A stretch of DNA of 54,793 nt, counting the filler, from Jimgerdemannia flammicorona (taxonomy: Eukaryota), in assembly GCA_003990765.1 (NCBI GenBank). It is 2 parts of 2 records of this genome, joined end to end, with 100 filler letters (N's around TTAATTAATTAA, not from the genome) between each part and the next. Parts side by side here need not be neighbours in the genome. Positions count along the whole stretch, not along the records: positions 27,450 to 54,793 come from RBNJ01000637.1; 1 more part is not named here. The stretch is one strand, 5' to 3'. The position numbers and the translations under genes are program-made. This document shows positions 48,240 to 54,793 of this stretch, one piece after another. Every line of letters begins with the position of its first letter. The first letter of the stretch is position 1. Under the pieces are notes generated by a model, which saw only the letters and a program-made list of their open reading frames with translations, did no database searches and had not been told where the DNA came from.

Positions 48240-48652
48240 TGTGATGAGCAAATAGTATAACATAGTCAGATAATGTAAACTCCCAACATAGCATAGTTAC
48301 TCATGCACATCATACTTATAATTAATCAGGATACTGAATCAGGGTTATTTATCTGTATCTTGAGAATACATCTATATCTGGCAGACACACTCATATCCTA
48401 CAGATATACTTATATTCTGCAGACATATTCATATCCTAAAGATACACTCAAATATTACCAGAGATAGTAAATCTATAATTATCTAGATAGCAACCAGATA
48501 GCAACCATAATGTATAAAATACTCCAGAGATAAGAGTGAATAAAACCTCAGTCCAAATTAAAGTACAAATCAAAGAAGCCTCTAAAGATTGAGCATTAGT
48601 CTCCTTATTCCCACTCTGGTCCACTTTCTGATATAAAGAAAAGTCTATTACA
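48240..48652 (+). repeat. G3 3' LTR (~413 bp), apparently shared as the 5' LTR of a tandem copy
   Basis: TGTGA...TTACA after a polypurine tract; followed by the PBS and 5' leader (48653-49034) matching 27710-28092. Confidence 0.82.
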
Positions 48653-49052
48653 TTTTTGGTTCACTTGTCAGATAAGTCTGAAGATTTGCCACTAAGTTTG
48701 AGGAAGAACTTTACCACCTTTTGAAGAGAAACCTACCACTTAAGAAATAAGCTACTACATTTTGGTTTGCTTGTCAGATAAGCCTGAAGTTCACTGTTTT
48801 CAAGTTATTTACTACATTCCAGAGAGCCCACCATTCTTGCCACAAAGCCAGTTTGTTAATGCAACTTCATAGTCATTAATTATACAAATGAAGCCAGTCT
48901 TGACATAACTTTGCCAAGAGAAGAGAATCCACATCATTTACCACTTTCAAGTTATCCATATTCTCAGAGAACTGTCAATCTAGGAAGAATCTACAACATC
49001 TGAGTTATCTGAGTTATTCAAGTTATCTGCAATCTTAGTGACAGATTGGTGA

Positions 49053-52000
49053 ACTTCTTTTGCTCAAACCACTCAGAGTGAGCTAAGCCACACAGGTATC
49101 TTTCAGCAAAAGACAACATATTTTCAAGTTTTTATTTTGATATTACTGATGTACATCATGTGGTAGGAGTCTATCTATAAGACACAATAAGTTTTGGCAC
49201 AAACTATTGATTTTTGGTAATATGGCTAGTTAAGGTTCTTCTAGCTCTGAGCAACTAGAGAGGAGGAGGCCTGATCTGGGTCTCCCTAAGAGTTTTGCAG
49301 CTATTGCAGGAGCTGGTGTGGTTACTGGAGGAGCTAGTGGTCAGGGGAGGTCTGGTGGACTCAAGGGCTGGTGTACTGTGATGGGAAGCAGGAGAACTAT
49401 GACCAGGTCCTTGGGGGTGGGGCAGGGGAGAGCATAGTGTTGATAGGGGGAGGGGTCAGGTGATGGGTCAGGTGGCTGGTCAGGTGCCTGACAGGGAGCA
49501 GGGGTCTAGTGGTGTGATATTGGAGACTGGTTATTCTGGGGCTGGGCTGGTGGCTGGGAAGAGAACTGATGGTAGTGTAGTTGTGGCTAGTGAGACAACT
49601 GCTGGTGTTTCCAAAACTAGAGGGAAGGTGACTCTGGTAGCTGGGACTAGTAAGCTGGTGGTGAGGCCCTTCTTTCATAAGTCAGTATTGATATGGACAG
49701 TTTTGGCAAACTTCCTGGAATTGGCAATGTCAGCTAGGAAGATTCTGAAGCTGGTGTGGGATGAAGTGGCTGGGGCAGAGTCCTTGAAGTTCATCTCTTC
49801 AGCAGAGGCAGTAGAGATTGGATTTGTGAAGAAGGATGCAATGATGAAGGCACTGGAGAAAGGGCTGTATGTCAAGGGTGTCTAGATTAGGATGGCAAGG
49901 TGTTTGAGGTGTGACTCATATGCTGTTAGGCTGGTGGTGAAAGGCCTGCCAACCCTGGGCTAATAGGAGACCAAGGAGATAGTAGTGGAGGCACTGGATA
50001 GCTATGGTGAGATGGTGGATTTTAGGTTCATGTTTTGAGAGGGCACCAAATTGAGGAATGGTAACTGTGAGATGATGCTGCAACTGGAAGGCAAGGAGGC
50101 AACTGGACTGAGACAAGATTGGCCTAAGGGGATTCGAATTGGAGGGTAAGAGTGCAAGGTATGAAGGAGGAAAGGGACAGAACAGAAGAAAGAAGAGCTG
50201 GCAATTGCTCTGGAGGAGAGAGAGGCTACCAAGGAGCTGAAAAAGAGGAAGTGGGAAGAGTTTGCCAAGGATTGGATCTGGATTCAAGTAGATGGCAAGT
50301 GGAAGAGATGGAGGAAAGAGAATTGGGAGCATTTGCAGGCAGCCCTTCAGGGGGCAGTGGTGGAAGAGGAGGTGAGAGTAGAGGTAGCCAGAAATCAGAT
50401 AGAAGGAGTGGAAGCAGTTAAGGTATCCTTCTCTCAGCTGGGTGGTATGGAGAGCTCAGCACATATACCAGTGAGAGAAAGTGGGCAGATAAGGAGGAGG
50501 TGAAAGAAGGAGGTTTTGAGAACTATGCTAAAGTGATGCCAGAGACCCAGATGGAGGACACCCATATAGCTGGGGTGGTGAATGTTTATTGGGAGTGTCC
50601 TGAGACTGGTAAGGTAGTACATTTGGAGAAGGTTGTAGAGAAGGATGACCTGGTGAATGTGGTCTCAGATATGTCAGCAGATAGGGAACAGTTGTAAGAG
50701 TTGAGCAGGACCCCTAGACCATTGACTCCCAGGCCCCTGGAGATAACAGCAGAAAGCTGATATCAGGCAGTACTTGAGAAACTTGCAGAGGAGAACATCA
50801 AGGAAGTGGATGTATTTCATAGATCTCAGAAGGCATGGGAAGGATTTCTTAATATTGTAATACAGGGGCCTAAGCTAGTGATAGTGATGATAGCAGCTCT
50901 TTTAGATGATGAAGGATATGATGTTGATGAGAGCAGGATAGCAGACATCAGGAAGGTAGCAGTGGAAAGAGTGGACCTTTTTTGCAGCAGTACAAATAGT
51001 GATCATATCTAGAGGACAATTTGTAAGGACTAGTGAAAGATCATTAGAGGAAGGGCTGAGAAAGTGGTGGCAGTCTCAGCTGAGCTTTAAACAATTTCTT
51101 TAATGATGATGAACAGTTTATACATCTTATTGATCAATGTCAATAGATTGTATAATAGTGTTAAGAGGTGATAGCTATTTTGATGGCTTAAAGTCAGAAG
51201 ATATGATATTGTTATTCTTCAGGATATTCAGACTTATGGGGAGCAAGACTATGAGATATGGAGTAAAGAATAGTATGGTAGAGCAGGTTGAAACAAGTAG
51301 GTGGGTATCTTGGTTGGTGTAGGCAAAGGTGAGCTGGTGGAGATAGAGGTCTATAGTGACAGATTGATGTGGGGAAGACTAAAAGGAGGGGTAGGCAATA
51401 GTTTGGCAGTAGGTTCAGTTTATCTCTCTGCAGTTGGCAGAGAGTAAAACCAATGGGTTGCCAGCTGGCAGGCTTGAGAGGGTTGAAGGGCAGTTATACT
51501 AGACATTCTGAAGGGAGACTTCAATATAGTATATGATAGGATACTGGAAAGGTCAGATGGCAGGGCTGGGGCAGCAGTGTCCTCAGGACTGTCTCAGTGG
51601 CTTCAGGTGGAGTGTGATATGAGACTGGTGGATAGTGTCCATCTGTATCAGGGAGATAAGTCAGGACCTTTCACTCAATAGTACCCAGTTAGTGGAGAAT
51701 TGGTAAGGATATAAATTGATTGGGTACTAGTAGCTGAGTATTGGAGCAATGTGTTGGATATTGTAGAGATACATTAGTGCCCTTGGTCAGATTATTGGGG
51801 AGTGGAGGTGTGTGGTAGATTCTGAACAGTGAGCAGTGGTGGAGGGTACTGGTGCCTTAATATGGCCTTACTTAGGAGGAAGAAGGAGAGGGAACAGTTT
51901 ATGGCTATTGTGAGACAGAAAGTAGTATGATGGCAGAATGGTGGGCAGTTGATAGCAGAATGGTGGGATAAATTCAAACATCTGGTGGATGCCTACTGGT

Positions 52001-54793
52001 GTGATATTGGAGAGATAGCAGGGAAGGAGCAGAAGGACAAGGAAAGGAGGGTAGAAAAAGGGCTGCAATGGCAACTGAAGCTAATGGAAGAGGGGAACTT
52101 GTCTAGAGAGATATATCACTGGTTAGCAGTGGAGGTGGCAGAGTTACAGGCAGATTTGAGGGCAGCTGAGGATAGGGCAGTAGATGGCCTGCTGGCCAGG
52201 CTGAGGGCTAGGTGGTTGGAGGAAGGAGAGAGACTGACTAAATATCTGTCTGGTATTTAGAAGGCCAGAAGGGTGGACCTCAGTGTTGTGTAAAGATAGT
52301 GTGGAGGTCTCAGAGATTGCTGATATGTTAGGGGAGGTCTCAGGACAATGATAGGCTCTCTGGTAGGATAGAGGAGAGCTTGCTGAGAATGTGGAGCTTT
52401 GAGAGGATAATGACAATATAGCTAGTGAGGGCATTATCTGAGATTGGGGAGGCAGTGATAGATGAGGTATCTTTGGATGAGATTTTGGAGGTATTACAGA
52501 AGATGCAGACTGGTTCATCATCTGGGGAGGATGAGTTGCTCTTGGAATTCTGGAAGGAGTTCCAGGCAGAGTTTGGGCAGCTGGTTGGTGGAGATGGCCA
52601 ACTGTGTTCTGAAGAAGAACAGCTGGATTGGCAATGGTTTCTTGGGATTAGTTTCCCTACTGTATAAGGAAAAGGGTAATCAGTATATATGGCAGAATTG
52701 GCAGCCTATTATGCTATTGAATGTGGATAGAAAGCTGGTCTCCAAGATTCTGGCAGAGAGGATGCAGCAGTATATTGGTACACTGGTGGGTAAAGAGCAG
52801 CAAGGCTTTGTCAAAAGGAAGCAGATCCAAGACAGTACTGCTTGGGTGCAGAATGTCTTAGAAGACTGTAGGAGTTGGCAGGTGGATGGCCAGATAGTCT
52901 TCCTGGATCAAGAGAAGGCCTATGACAGAGTGTGGTAGAGTTATTTGGAGGCTATTCTGAGGAGGGTAGAATTTGGTATAGCAGAAGCAGGGTGATTGAT
53001 GGGCTTAGTGCTGGAATGCTGGGCAGTAGTTATAATGAATATATGGAGTGGCCTGGAGTTTACCTTGGGGCAAGGTGTGCTACAGAGAGACCCTCTCTCC
53101 CCTCTCTTTTATATACTCTCTCTAGAGTCATTGCTGGTATGGGTGAAGGGGTGGCTTTCTGGATTGTGGATGGGTAATGTGGTCTGGAAGCTAGGTGCTT
53201 TTGCAGATGACATGGTGGTAGGATTGGGTAGTATAGAGGATGTGGATCTCTTGCAGGAAGGAGTTGAGAAGTATGAGAGGCTAGCAGGGGCTAAGCTGAA
53301 TTGGGGCAAGTGTAAGACAATAGAACTTAGTGCTGGCCTGGAGGTATATGGACAATTTGGACAATTGATGGCTGCAGAGAGTACTGTTCAGTATCTGGGC
53401 ATTTGGTTCTCAGTATATGAGACAGTTCTACCAAAGAAGTGGTGGAGTGGTATAATTCAGAGGTGGGAAGACACTTTGACTAGTTGGTCTGGGAGGAGCT
53501 TCTCCTTGGTAGGCAGGATTGTGGTCTTGAATGTATATTGTTTGTCTAAATTGTAGTATCTAGGGTATTATCTGAATTTTCCAGAGTGGGTAGTGTAGTG
53601 GCTGAAGAAGATTGTAGAAGGGTGGTTATGGTAGAGTAAGCGGCCACAGATTGGGTGAGCCATATTGGTGATGCAAAAAACTGATAGAGGTCTGGGGTTA
53701 GTGAACTTCAGATAATAGCTAAAGATACTTTGAGATTGGTGGGGGTGCTGATTGGTTGCACTAGGTGAGGAGGGCTGGGGCAGACTAGCTATAGACAATT
53801 GAGAGGTTCAGTTCTGCCCTCATAGTGAGGTTTGAAAGGATATACATGGTCTGCTTCAGGTTAGAAATGTATGTAAACTGCAGTATAAGGGGTTTTGGTA
53901 GAGTATTATTGAGGTCTGGCTGGCCATAGGGTTGGTAGGGCTGGAGATGGAGGTAGGTGAGGACTCTGAGCAGAGGTGGTGGCAACTGAGAGACCTTGGC
54001 ATTGGTGGCCATAGCCTGAAGGAGTACTTGCTGGTTGAGGCAATAGAGTGGATTAGGTCTAGCCCTCTGGAGAGATGGCCAGTAGGTTGGTAGAAGGCAG
54101 GACTTGGTGACAGCTAGGAGTGGGGCCAAGTCTGGAGTTAGGGAGCCTCTTTACTCAAGATGGTACCCCACTAGTATGGTGGTGATTTTTGAGAAAGAAT
54201 ATAATGCTAGGTTATTGGACAGAGTAGATGGAGGCAGATGGTTGTTAGGACTGTGAGTGGTACAGTGAGATGGATGGAGGGGTGGTTCAGATACTAGAGT
54301 ATATTCTGGTAGTCTGCCCTGGTATTGAAGGGTTTTGGCAGAGTTTGGAAGATTACTGGGGCCCTAGAAGTCAAAGATTGAGAGATCCCATTGGTCTGGT
54401 GGTCAAGCACTAACTGGTGGGAGAGATTAGTGATGTCTGGAGAGGCCTAGGTTGGGTCCTAGGGGTCTGAGTTCTGAAGGCAGTACATTGGTGATGGGTG
54501 TTTGAGCAGGACCCATGGATGAGGATTGGTAAGTTGGTGGAGTGGTGGAAGTGGCTTCTCTGAGAGGTGGTACAGGGGTAGTGGTATCAGGGGAAGTAGC
54601 TTTAACCAGAAGCCTTAAAAAAGATACAGAATGTTGTACAGTAGAATCAAAAGCACCTGATATTGGATAATTATGGGGTTAGGTAGAAGGAAGGAGTTGG
54701 CTGAACAACTCCACTTATATATATTATGTTACAGTAGTGGTTATGGTTTATTGTCATTGTAATAAAGTTGAAGTCCAAGTGACTATAAAAAAA
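49053..54793 (+). mobile_element. Full-length LINE B3 (ORF1 49222-51090, ORF2 51103-54704, degenerate)
   Basis: Same 5' end (ACTTCTTTTGCTCAAACCAC) and 3' end (AATAAAG...GTGACTAT-poly(A)) as B1/B2; FLDQEKAYDRV and FADDMVVG motifs. Confidence 0.96.

Larger units (their letters stand above)
27519..48652 (+). mobile_element. Ty3/gypsy element G3 (~9 kb without inserts), degenerate, containing two LINEs and a MITE
   Basis: Partial 5' LTR 27519-27709 matches 48461-48652; gag LPTFAGYLEEDPREFL (~29230); protease ~30720-31080; split dUTPase; RT SPWASP, LCIDYRKLN, YMDD (45455-46145); RNase H; integrase HHPQTNGMTERMN (~47175); polypurine tract ~48228-48239. Confidence 0.93.

Overview
Eukaryotic, transposon-only window with no host genes. 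It is probably fungal; an early-diverging lineage is a guess from the dUTPase-bearing gypsy elements and L1/Tx1-type LINEs. All elements are nested and decayed by C>T/G>A mutation. Order along the window: (1) a minus-strand L1/Tx1 LINE interrupted by an 8.1-kb head-to-head palindrome of two endonuclease-less Penelope-like elements (PLE, 3321-11460); (2) a minus-strand Ty3/gypsy element with dUTPase (G1), holding a 1.2-kb poly(A)/TSD retroposed insert of unknown origin and cut off by a hAT-like minisatellite element; (3) a complete gypsy element G2 (18918-25634) inside that hAT-like element; (4) a LINE ORF1 fragment and an assembly gap; (5) a plus-strand gypsy element G3 (27519-48652) holding two full-length LINEs and a palindromic hAT MITE; (6) the start of a tandem G3 copy and a third full-length LINE ending at the window edge. 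The most notable observations are the PLE palindrome, whose geometry suggests both ends of a chromosome break were extended by reverse transcription and joined at a built-in 15-bp inverted repeat, and a conserved extra ORF (ORF3) after integrase in two divergent gypsy families. All alignments were done by eye, so domain boundaries are approximate.
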